From positions 101,518,571 through 101,582,570 of the forward strand of contig NC_068983.1 in assembly GCF_001194135.2 (NCBI RefSeq): a DNA stretch of 64,000 bases. Direction: 5' to 3'. This document shows positions 13,301-26,400 of the stretch, piece by piece. A program made the translations under genes and the position numbers. Source of the DNA: Octopus bimaculoides. Lineage: Eukaryota. Below the pieces are notes generated by a model that searched no databases, was not told where the DNA came from, and saw only the letters and a program-made list of their open reading frames with translations. The first letter of the stretch is position 1. Every line of letters starts with the position of its first letter.

Positions 13301-16300
13301 TATTTATCAATAAAATATTCGGGTTTTTGTCAGATATGCAAAAACAAAACATCAACAAATCAATTCTAGGAACAAGGATATTCAATGTATACAGTGAATT
13401 GAAGAGGAAAATTTCAAGTTATTTTAGGAGACTAAACTAAGCATGTAGGAAAATAAAAGCAAAGGGAATTAGAATAACTAAGAATGCAGCAGCCAAGCAG
13501 GCAAACAGTTGCTCTAGCATCCATGCTCAAAACAGCCAAGTAGGACAGACATTGTACAACATTACTCACTTAAAAATAGTTAGAACTGAAAACTTTACCA
13601 ATTGTAAATAAGAATTTCTTTAGATTAGGCACAAGACCCAATTTTTTGTGAGGGAGGAGTATAGTCGATTGAATCGACCCCAAAATATTACTGGTACTTA
13701 TTTTATCAACCCAAAAGGAATGAAAGGTAAAGTTGACCCAGGGCAAAATTTGAACTCAGAACAGGGAGATACCAAACTAGTTACCGTAAAGCATCCAGCC
13801 TGGTGTCTACTGTCTCAGCTGTCTCCAACATTTTTCTTTTTTACTGGAAAATATTAATTAATCAAAATAACTGATAAATCTTAAAATATCATAAATATAC
13901 ATTGCAATGAATATATATCTATCAGGAGAATACCGTCATTTTCAAAAAAAATCCTCATATTTTAAAATATCCCAAGTTCACTTGAGAAGTTCAAAGTCCA
14001 ATTGAAATGTTTTACACTTCCTATAAAGAATTTATGTAGATTGTTTTTGAAATACTAAAATATATTACTGTTAGTTGCTTTCACTAATAACAGATACCAA
14101 ACTTATGAGATTTGAGGCATTTATCAATTGTAGAACATGAAAATAGCAATCACTTCGTAGATTTAGTCTTAATCATTAGCAGTGATAGAAATCAGAGATT
14201 ATTTACTCTCTTACTAATTTCAGTCATCCAGCTGTCACCATGATAAGGCTTAAACAATTTCATACAGCATTTAAGAATCCAAGATGACCACCCATCCAAG
14301 CTAGACTCAACACTGTTTAACTTCAGGGACCAGACAGATTTCATGTTTTCAGTATAATAAAGTCATACATATAGTTTATACCGATTTATTAATGTTTGAA
14401 ATCTTTAATGGAGGTTTTCTTTATTTATAAAGTTGGTGTTCAATCTTTATTTGTTGGGAAATTTCTATCAAGGTTTACTTGTCCTTGATAAACCTTCTTG
14501 AGACCTTTTTAACCCTTTAGCATTTAAACCAACCATATCCAGCCCAAATATTTTACCTGTTCTATGCTCAAACTGGTCTGATCATACCACTCACACCTAC
14601 CCTAAAATGTCATTCTACAAATAAACAATCACATCAAAATCTCAAAGCTAGAAGATAATGCATGATTAATTCAAAACAATGTATATAAATAAGCATTACA
14701 TTTGATAAAAATCATCTGAATGCTAAAGGGCGAAACATAAATCCAAGAAACTATTGTCTTTCAAAATAAATCTTATCACTTAGTTTCTTACAATCCTCCC
14801 CAATACAGAATTATATTCTTTTACTAATTTCAGTCATTGGATTGTGGCCATGTAAAGGTACCCCTTCCTAAAATGTAGTTAATTACAATACAAGTAAATA
14901 TTTTATCAATTTTGGAAGAGTCAAAGCAAAGTACACCTGATAAGGATTTGAACTTCTCAAGTGGTTAATGAGTTTTTACATATTTTCCAACGTTTTCTTT
15001 CTTTTTTATAACTAAATAACGATGTCATGCACATTTGAGAATTTTAAAATACAGAGAATTTAATTTATGATGAAAATGAGAACTCCACTGACAGATCAAT
15101 TTTTCTTTAAGCAAGTAGTAGCAAGCTGTACAAATGGCTGAGCCTAATTTTGCCAATACTGTGAGAAAACAGCCAAGAGAAGTTTAATTTCTTCTGAGAT
15201 AAAAATGAGAAATCCTTTCAAGACTAAAGTAGCTGATTGTGATCAACACCGAAAAATCCAACTGGGCTATTTTAAGCATTCTAGACTTTTAAAATAAGGA
15301 CTTAAAAACAACGATCTACCCAATATATCATTTGGTACTGGATAGTTGGGAGGCCCTTTAGCTTCCATACTGGCCATTTCCCTATTAATTTTCTCCTCCT
15401 CCTCTTGCATATCAGTAGAGATCAGATCAATACTAGTTGTAGCATCAACTTCCAAATCATTTACAGTGCTATCACTGATAGAAATAGGATCAAGCTCTGA
15501 GATCATTTCATTGTCTCCAAGAACCTCCCTAGCTTCAGCTTCAGCACATATATCTAACATTTCTTTGCGCTCAGAAATTTCATTAATATTTTCAGCAAGA
15601 ATATCTACAGATTCTTTTGGACTGATATTCTCAAGAGTATCGGTAGCTGTCAGGTCTTCAGTACCTAGGACTTGCTTCTCTTCAATTCCCAGAAAATCTT
15701 TAAATGATTTATTTCCATTTCCTAGGAAGTCTTTGATTTTTTTTTCACCAGTTCCAAAGTAGTCTTTGATACTACCAATATCAATGGCAAATGTATCAGG
15801 CATGTCTGCAAAAGAACAATTTTGATTGAAGTTAATAAACAACAAGAAATAAGAACAAAGTGTCAAATGTACAGTAAATATTCTTGCTTTTAAAACATTA
15901 GATATTGACATCTAATTACCACAGTAAAGTATGACAACAATTATAGTTTTTATATAAATTATTATACTTTCCTATTTTTAATTAGAAGATACAATATTTG
16001 TGAAATCAAATCAAATTCAAAAGGCTTAGTTTATTTATTTTTATTTTATTTAGTTTGCAACGCTAACTTGACTACAAACTTAGAATTTTACAGTCTAAAG
16101 TAAAAGATGTCAAAGTGAACATGAAAAGTACTATACCTGGAGTTGAACGATCAAAAGACGTTTGGTCCATTTCCTCAAACATGATTTCAGCAGATGGTAA
16201 ATTTTTAAGGTTGTCCTCATTCAAAAATTCCTATAACAACAGCAACAGAATTAGTTAAATCCAAACCCAGATAAAGATATATTTTCCAGCATATAAGTTG

Positions 16301-18334
16301 GATTTTTCACATGAAAACTTACAACTACACAAAAAAAGAAAAAGACAGGTCCATTTACACAAGACAATTGTGAAATACAGCAAGATTTAGAAAGATAGTG
16401 TCAATATTTGAATGCTTACACTACAAATTTTCACTATGTATGACATTGTCTTGTATGCTTGAAAATACACTAATAAAAAACAAAAATAATTTAACATTTC
16501 ACTGTTTGCACTTAATTTTTACTGGAGAGAAAATAATGTCAATATGTTTGTCAGAAATTGTTACCAACACTGTCAATAATTAAAAAAAAGCCAATGACAA
16601 CATGGTTTTCTTGGTTTGATCATTAAAGGTACCCACAGAAAAGAAAGAATGGAGAAAACATAGGCAGAAATGGTGAGTTTGATCTCAGAATGCTGAGCTT
16701 CAGACATGATAACACAGAATTAAGATAAATTGTAATAAGTTGTACAGCACACCTGTTCAAACCATGACAAAAAAATATTTTAAGAAAGAGGTTTGAGTAA
16801 TCATCATTATCATCAACATCATTTAATGTCTTGCCTTTACATGCTTGTATGAGTCATAGGAAATTTGTTTAGGCAGATTTAAAGTCAGATGCCCTTCCTG
16901 TTGCCAACCCTTACTCGTTTCCAAGCAAGGTAATATTTCCCATGTTCAGACATGTTCCTAGAGAATATGTTGCTTGTATGACAGTGATGCTCATTTACAA
17001 CCATCATGTAATGTCCAGATAAGGGAACATAGACAAAAAAAAATATACACACACACACACACAACAGATATCTTTCAATTTCTGTCAATGAAATCCACTC
17101 AAAGTCTTTGGTCTGCTCAAAGATAAAGTAGAATACACTTGCTCAAGGTGCCACTCAGATTGACTGAAACTGAAACCACAAGGTTGGGAAGCAAACTTCT
17201 TAATCACACAGCCATGCCAAATATTTTTTGTCAATGAATGAATGGCTGAGTGTCTAAAATTAAATTACAGAACAGTAAATTAATCTCAGTATTTTGAGCG
17301 GGCTACCCCAACAATGCTGATGCTCTGAAGTCTTGATAAAAAGACCAATATTGTTTCTGAGTTTTTAGTGAGCTTTGGGGGGGAGGGGGCTCCTAACTGT
17401 ATAGCATTGCTACCTTTTAGTAATATTATGGTTTCACATAATTCTGTCTGTTGCTAATTTGGAAAAGTCAGATTCTTAGAAAGTTATAATTTTTTTTTTA
17501 AACATACATGTAATGTGATTTCATTTTTTTAAATGTGTGAATAACAAGTATGAAACCAATTAAGCTTTCAACTTACCAACTCAGGCAGTTTAATCTGAGA
17601 GGTTTGCTCTCGAAATGAAGCAGTTAATTCTTTCATCTTGTCAATATGTTCCTGTTTTGGCAAATAATCATGTAGCCAACTAGTATCTGGAAGCTGATCT
17701 TTGAATTCTTCATATTTCTGAAAGGAAAAAAAAAAAGATTAAAAAAGCAAAACAGATTACACATACCATCATGATTGTCATCATTGTCTTTCATGCTAGC
17801 ATGGGTTGGACAGTTTAATAGGAACCAATGAGCCAAAAGATTGTGTTGAGCTCCAATATCTTCTTTGGCATAGTTTCTACAGTTAGATGCCCTTCCTAAT
17901 GTCAAACACTTTACAGAGTGTACAGTATAGAGAGTTTTATAGAGCTGTACATTATATTAGAGGTTTAATATGACATTTTTATTTAAATCAATAACTTCTG
18001 TTTCAACAACATGACAGAGGAACTAAAACAGGCATAGGCAGCCGTTTTGAAGATGCAGGCTGCATGAGACATGGCTCATCATCAGGCAAGTCACACTACT
18101 AAATAATCTATGGTAATTTTTCATTAGTATGCCATTCAGAAAGTCCCATAGAGTGCAGTTTTCCCATGACTGAAATTAAAGGTAGAAAGACCTAGAGTTG
18201 CTGATAATGACTGCAATCTTTAGTTTTCCTGAAGCTATAGTAGGAAACCCTTACCCAAGCTGGTAGTGGGACTAAACCTGAAACTACTTGGTTGTGAAGC
18301 AAACTTCTTAACCATATAACTGTGCCTATGCTTA

Positions 18335-18400
<66 letters not shown>

Positions 18401-21400
18401 CATACATACATATCATTTTATGCCAGATTTCTATGCCTGGGACTGCTTCTAGCCCTACAATGCAAACTTGATGTTTTAAAAAAATCTATATCAAAACCTA
18501 TCAAAATTTCAATTTATGTTAAAAAAAAAACTTAACAACAAAGTGTTTTTACTAAATTTTTCATTCTTTAAAAATGAAGGCAGAGTAATTCAACAGAAAT
18601 ATGGTAACAAAAGGGTTAATCAACTTAAGCATAAAATGGTATGAAATAAACTGAAATAGTTCAGCCTGAATGGAATAGTTAATGATCTCAGTAAGAACTA
18701 GTGATAAAAATCTGGATTGGTGAGTGAGAAGTGAAAATGACTTCATTCTTTGTAGCAGAAACTTCAGTTTGTTCACAAATTAGTTAATTATGGGAATGTG
18801 AAACATCATTAAATCATTATGGCAATTCAGTAGCTTAGTTTTGAGGCTTCTGTCTTAAGCTCAATACACAGATTTTAAGTACACCATATCTATTAAAGGA
18901 ACTACAATCTAAAACATTTACGTACAGTTTTCTTTGTCACGGATGGTTATAAAAACTTAAATATTCTTTCAGATTGTAAAAACAAAAGTGAAGTCTTTCC
19001 ATAATCCAAAGGGTAGGCAATTTGTCTTTAGTAAATTGAGACATGTGAAATCATGTATTTTGCCTAAAATCACAACAAAATGACCATATTCATCATCATC
19101 ACTTAACATCCATTTTCCATGCTGGCATGGGTTGGATGATTTGACAGGAGCTGGCCCGCTGAAGAACTGCCTGGGTTCCATGTCTGTTCTGGCATGGTTT
19201 CTATGACTGGATGCCCTTCCTAATGCCAACCACTTCACAGAGTGTACTGAGTGCATTTACGCAGCACTGGTATGGGCGCTTTTACATGACACTGGCATCG
19301 GTGCTTTTTACATAGCATCAGTGCCATGGGCCCGCAAGATTAGGGATTGCTCAACTGAAAAGGGATGTGGGGGGCATGCCTGTATGCAAAGACAACCACA
19401 ATTTTAATTTGCTTGACATGTCTTCACAAGCACAGCAAACTGCCGGAAGTCTCTAAACCATTATTCCAGCATCTTAAGCATTTAGCAGCTGGTCGCATAT
19501 GCACAAGTTGATCATTTATTCTTTTAAAAGAGAAAAAGAACAAAAAAAAGCATTTTCATGCAAACTTACTTTTGAGATAGTATAGCCTCCACCAATTGTT
19601 CCACCAACAAGTATATACCGCACTTTCAAAAGACGGCCTGCAATTCTAATAATGATGCCTATCTGTCGAGAACTTGAAACAGCAACTGGTTTAGACACTC
19701 GAAGAAGAGGTTTGAAAACCATCTGCTGAGAGTACAAATTTCCATGAAGGCTACGAGACAAAATAGGATGGCAAACGATTCTGAGTGATCCCAGTAATCT
19801 GATGGAATGAAGAGGCTTTACATATGCAGGTTTCATAGTGGCATGTGCAACAGTTGAAAAGCATTTTTTATTTGTAATACTATTGACAGCCTTACGAACA
19901 CATCTTTCACACCATGGGCTACAAAATAGAAATAGTGACATTTAGAGCAATATTTAAAAAATATGAATTGATAGAATATTACATGCAAATTTCTTTAAAC
20001 AAGATGGAAGACAATTTATCGTTATACTTAGTGAACATTCATTTTATATCAACTTTTGAAACACAGCAGTCCATTAAGATATCTGCCTCATAGAAGCAGC
20101 TTCTTTAATAGCTAACAACAACTGGTTTAACCCTTTTGTTACCAAGCTGGCTGAGGCTGGCTCTGGCTCTGAGTACAAATGTCTTGTTTTCATAAGTTTT
20201 GAATTAAAATGTTCCACCAAACCTTAGTCACAGTTTATGTTCCTAACACTAGCTGAATGATAACTAAGTTATTTTACTAAATTCATTCTTATATTTAAAA
20301 TAATTGAAAGAAACACAGAGAATCTCAAAATAGATACAATAACGAAAGGGTTAATTAAACCCATTAAAAATGTTAAAATCTGTTCACATCTAAAATTCTA
20401 AACCAGTGTTTGTCAACCAGGGTCCATATAAGATTTTTGGAGTTCCATGCAAACAAAATAGTAAATTGGGGATCCACAATATTTTAAGAGTCCATGAAAA
20501 AATTTTGCTTTAAATGTATTTATCACAAGAAACAGGTTTCTTGCTCTAATGTTTTACATAGTTCAACCAATACAAGTTGATGTGTACAAAGTGAAAGAGG
20601 AATTTTGAAGTAAGTATCGATAAAACTAGTTTTTAAACATCAAATGACTACAGAATGTAACTGCAATGAAAGGGGTCCATAGACAAAGAATGGTTGAGAA
20701 CCACTCTTCTAAACATATAAAGAAATTATTATTCATTCTTTTTTTTTTTTTGTCAAATCTGAAAAGCTAAATAACAGTGAAATGTTTGAAATTCTTAGAC
20801 ATTACTCTGTATTTAATTCCCAAAAATAACCAATAATATGATGTCAATCAACTCAGACTAAACATGAAGATACCATTAGACTTTGATGCAAAGGCTACAA
20901 AGAACAAACATTGATAAATTAATGACAGGAGTAGCAAAGAGGATAAGGATATCCAGCCTGTAATATAAATGCCTGTTCTTAATAAATCAATTGTTGAACT
21001 TGGATAAGTTTTCCCAAGCCCAGTAATCTGTTTATTTTCTCCCTTCTTTGTTAGACATTAGGGTTTATGTAATTAATAATTGTTTCTTGGGCATTTTGTT
21101 ACTGCCAATCTACTCCACAGTAGAGGCTTAAAAAGATTTACTCTTAGGGTTGTAAATGATCTAACTGACAATTAACAAATGACGTTCACTTGGTATCTCA
21201 ATTTACAGCCAAAAGAAAAACTAACAAAAAAACCCACTAAACATGATCAGCTCAAGTTTAATAAAGCTTATATGAAAGGGTACAAAATAATAACCTATAA
21301 GCACTCTACTCAGACCTGTTTAGATATAGATTCAGTTAGTTATAGAAAAAGACTTTTAGTCATGATTTTGAAGCATAAATAACAGGGTTCAAGCTGTGTC

Positions 21401-23389
21401 CAAGAATAAATCTACATGAATTTGACTACATTATTATTACTATTGAATATTAATTCACCTAACAGTAAGCAGTATAAAAGTTGTGCACATGTGTAAGACA
21501 ACAATTTTTTACTGGTGAAAGTCATCTTGACTTCCTGTTATGATGTAAATAATTTACAAAGATGATTAGAATGTTGCAAGAAAGAAGCACAAGATGGATT
21601 TTAGGCCTAAGAGTAGACCAAGAACAAGATGTTAAATAATAACAATAGTCTCAGTTAGTCATGCTTTAGAATCTAGAGGGAAAGTGTAATTATGACTACT
21701 TCTAATAGGACCCTATGGAGTAGGTGCCTGTAGAATCTACCCTCGCAACCTTTCCAGGAATAGTGAGAGAAGATGAATGGATGAACAAATTGTCATATAC
21801 GACTGAAGATTCAATATAGTCTATTTAACTTTTGCATCCTGACTTGTCAAACTACAGACCTTCTTGTCTTCACAACTACTTATTACTGACTACCTAGTCA
21901 CATAACTTGTTCTGCATGTGTGTCAAAGTATGAAAAGCCATTTATTCATAACATCGATTTCATAGTTCTACTATAATGCTATATAACATCAGTATCTTCA
22001 TATTTCCCTGAAATGTTATGGTTTAACAACCCCAGGTAGATTGAGTACCTCAAGGAACTCTTTTACTACCGGCTTGAGGCTGTTGTCTTGTCACACATCA
22101 CCATAAATATGAGTACTTTTGAAATCAGGAGAGGCTGATTTGTTTCAAGTGATTTCAGCATAAGTCAAGGTTCCAGTCCCATTCCTTGTGATAGGGACAG
22201 TGTTGTTTCCAATTTGCATCACAAAATTCACAATTTCCAAGTTGGAACAAGGTACTCCATTAATACAGAAAGATTTTGTAGCCTGTTAGTAAGTAAAACT
22301 GTAGGATAACTGAACAATATTCAGGTAAGAAATAATTCAAATTTTTTCCTTGGTTAGGAAAATACAGGTAATATAGAATCATTTTTGTAAGGAAAGCAGT
22401 TACTTTTCTGAAGTTAAGAACAGATATTACTGTCAAGGAATTTTTGGGTATTATACGGCACCAAAATTTTTACTACTCCATTCTGAGAGAAAATTATACA
22501 TAACACTTATTTTATGGCTGAGCTCTTCCAATTAGAAATATGAATAACCTCTAGCCACTTGAAATGGAATTCATGATGATAAGCAGCAATCTGATACCAT
22601 TAACATGGGTATCATCCATGTGTACAAGACTACAGGAATCTAATAAAGTCTACTCTTTTGAAGAAATTTATAACTGTTACACATTTATGACATCGATGTA
22701 TGCAGTCCTCTACAGCATGTGAATAGCCATGCCACATTGCTTCAAACTTTCATATACCTCTAATGCTACAATGAACAGTTATAAATTATATGCCTTGTGG
22801 ATACTTTGAGCAGAGCAATAAGACTGAAATCGGAAAGAACATCATTTTCTAGAGTTTGTGTTTGATCCACTAATATTGTCTCTCAGCACTGGAGCAGTTA
22901 CTCTAGATATTGTCATTCTGGAAATGATTTTTGCCTAATATCAGATCTTCACACATTCTGAAGGTAGGCTATGAAGATTTAATAGAACACTTTCTATCTA
23001 GAATATGAAATTATCCTAAACATTATCTGAACTAGTATACTGTGGTTGCACTTTAAAATGTAACTGAGAGAATGTTAATGTGAAAAATAGTGTGTCCTTT
23101 GACATGTGTAATATCTTAATCAAATGCTGTCGGCTGTATGATTTACAAAGATATAAGTTTTGGGAGTTCTTTTTATGTGGTTTAAAGATTAATTAGTCTA
23201 TGATCAGATCTAAGCAAGAATTTTCTGCCAAGGAGCAATTTATGATCCATACTCTTAAGAAAGTTTCCATCTCAATATTTGGATAATTAGTGTTTAATCT
23301 CTTTGACATATACAGTCCTGAATAAAATTCCTAATAAGACTACCCACTACCATCAGTTGTTAATGTAACTTCTTTACTGGTATCAATAT

Positions 23390-23462
<73 letters not shown>

Positions 23463-26400
23463 CGCGCGTACACACACTTTCAAGAATACTTCAAAAATTA
23501 TAGAACTTCTTTTCTGAAATTCAACATTTTTCTTGCACAAATTTGAATATCAACTATAAAAGTTTACCAATCCTAAAAACTGACTCCAACTATTTCTTAT
23601 TAGAATGTGAAAAAAGCTCCTGTCTTCCTGGGTCTCCCTCTTCTACACATTCCTTATACAGCTGTACACATCTTTCCACATCACATGCCCATAACAACAG
23701 ACTCTTCTCTTACACACTACATCTGATTCCTTTTATGCCCAGTTTTTCTCTCAACATGTTTGTACTCCATCATTCATGGACATTGACATTGCACATCCAG
23801 CAGAGCCTGCTTGTCTCATTTCTTTGTATTCTTCACATGTCCCGCTATCATGTAGTATTGCCGTTCATGCACAAGAATCCTAGTTTACCTTTCACTCTGA
23901 GAAACTTCTTGTTAAAAACAGAAGTAACAGCATTATGGACTTTCTCCAGCCTGTTCTTACTCTGGCTACTATACTTTCAGGTCACTTTCTCCTATAGCTC
24001 ATAAGGTCGCCTAAGTAACAAAAACTATCAACTACTTCTAGAGAAACTTATCATTTGAGGAAGTCTATTTTTGCGCGCATTTAGTGTTTATTGTTCCTGC
24101 ACATCTGCCACTTACAAAGTCTGCTTACTCTATCAACCTGTGATTCCACTGTATAAGATTCCTATCAATTCCACTTCAACAGATCAAGCAAAATCATTTA
24201 CCTGATGGAAGTTTTTGCTAAGTTGACTTTAACTAAATTAAATTTTGATTCCAGGTTTGTTTCAGAGAACTATTACTTCCATTGAGAACAGAAGTTTTCT
24301 CTCACAGAATGAAACGAGATTGTATGAACAGCAATGCTACAGGATAGTGAGACATGGGCTCTGAATAAAGAGATAGTGAGACATGGGCTCTGAATAAAGA
24401 GAACATGTGTAAACCAGAAAGAAACAAAGCTAGAAAGCTCCATTGGATGTGCAGTTAGTGCACATAACAAGGTACAAATGTGTTGAGAGAAAAATTGGGC
24501 ATAAGAGGAATCAGATGAGGTGTGCAAGAGAGATGACTGCACTGGTATAGACATGTAATGCACATGGATGAGAACAACTGTATAAAGAAGTGCCACTCAC
24601 TTGTGGAAGTGAGAGACCCAGGAAGATATGGGACTAAATAGTGAAAGCTGATTTCAGGACTTCAAATTGCACTGAAGAAATGATAAAAGACTAAGATGAC
24701 TGATGATATGCAGTGCTCAAGAGAACCTGCCCATCTCAGTGGAACTAAGATTCTGGAAGTATATTATCAATATACACAATTGAGCCCCTCACGCAGTTTC
24801 CTTGTCAAACCTGCTCCTCCACCTTTCATTTCTCTATCACTGGTCTTAGCATCACTTGTCTGACTGCAATATTCTGCTGCTGTAATTAAATGAGAGCAGA
24901 ACTCCATATCTTATTTTTTCAGTGATACTATTTAACTTTCATACAACATAGAACCACTTGACATCCATCCTTTATTGCTCCTATTACCATACATCTCTCC
25001 ACAATCCTCTCCACTGAACTACTTCCTTTTGATTTGCCTGTATCACCGTACATCTCTCATTGTCCCCAAGTACTATGTCCTCTCTACACACACTTGCAAC
25101 CTCCCCAACTATATGTCATCTCTCTTTCTTTCATCCTTCTCCTGTCTACTGATGCTCTTTACCTTTCTGTACAGCCAGTCAGCACCTACTTCCTCAAATC
25201 TCCTCCACCTTTCTCTACATTCAACTCTATACCTTTCTTAATCTCTAGTCATCATCTACTTGCCATCAAACTCATATTTATCATTGAACACCACACCTGT
25301 CTCAACCCTTTTATTCTTTTACATGTTTCAATCATTAGACTGTGCCCATGCTGAGGTACGACTGCATTGAAGAATTTTAGTCAAATTCACCAACTCCAGT
25401 ACTTTTAATTTTTACTTATTCTATTGGTCTCTTTTAGAGAACCACTAAGTTATGGGAACCTAAACAAATCAACAGTATTATATTTGACAGAGTAATCTGA
25501 ATACTAAAGGGTTAATTGAAGTTGTTACTGCTTAACTTGTTTACTTCTTATACTGCCTTTAATATTCTATGAATTTACATAATCAAGAGTTACTCGTCTC
25601 TTCTGTTCTATATTGAGTACATTCACATCAAGAGTCTTCACTGTGAACACCAATGATTTCAACAAGAAAGTCCATAGTCTTTATTTTAATTCATCCAATC
25701 TGGTTATTCCGAACAGTTTACACTAGCTAATCTGCTCTGTATTTTAAATCATGGACTGACCCATTTTCTCTCCAAATACACCACTTTGATCTTCCAAACT
25801 TAGCCTCTGTTCTGGTGTCTCCATTGCCTGATCATTGGTTTCCTCAATGCATATTACTTCACATCAAAATATTGCCTAATATCTTCAGCTCCTCTAAAGA
25901 ACAGAATCAGTAAATTGATCAGGCCTCTAATATATCAACTACTCACTAATGGCAGAAAATATGTTATTTCTGACTCTGCAACTGAATGAGTGACAGAAAC
26001 TTTCTCCGAACTTAAGAAATCAATATCAAAGCCCATACTCCAGCCTCTTCAAAACAGCTTACATGGATGCTGTAGTGCAGCTGTATATTAAAAAAATACA
26101 TCCTACAGTCATCATCACCATCATTCATCTGTTTTCCATGCTGGCATGGAATGGACAGTTTGACTAGAGCTGGAAAGCAGGCGAACTGCACCAGGTTCCA
26201 GTCTGATTTGGTTCGGTTTCTATGGTTAGATTCCTTTCCTAACACCAACAACTTTATAGAGAATGCACCAGCATGGGTGATAGCAGCTGTGCTCTTGCAG
26301 GCCAATCCTCTTCAGGAGGAGAAGCAGCGATAACAATTCTGCTGACCAGCCGTTACAAGCTGCAAGTTTTGATCTGCAAATGAAATGCTTAACATATGAC

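Noticed and set aside
15346-15762. 138-aa plus-strand ORF
   Set aside because: Antisense shadow of the acidic OPA1 exon.
18060-18100. CTGATGA on the minus strand of the short hAT-like MITE (also about 48355-48372)
   Set aside because: No downstream stem II-GAAA; chance heptamer.
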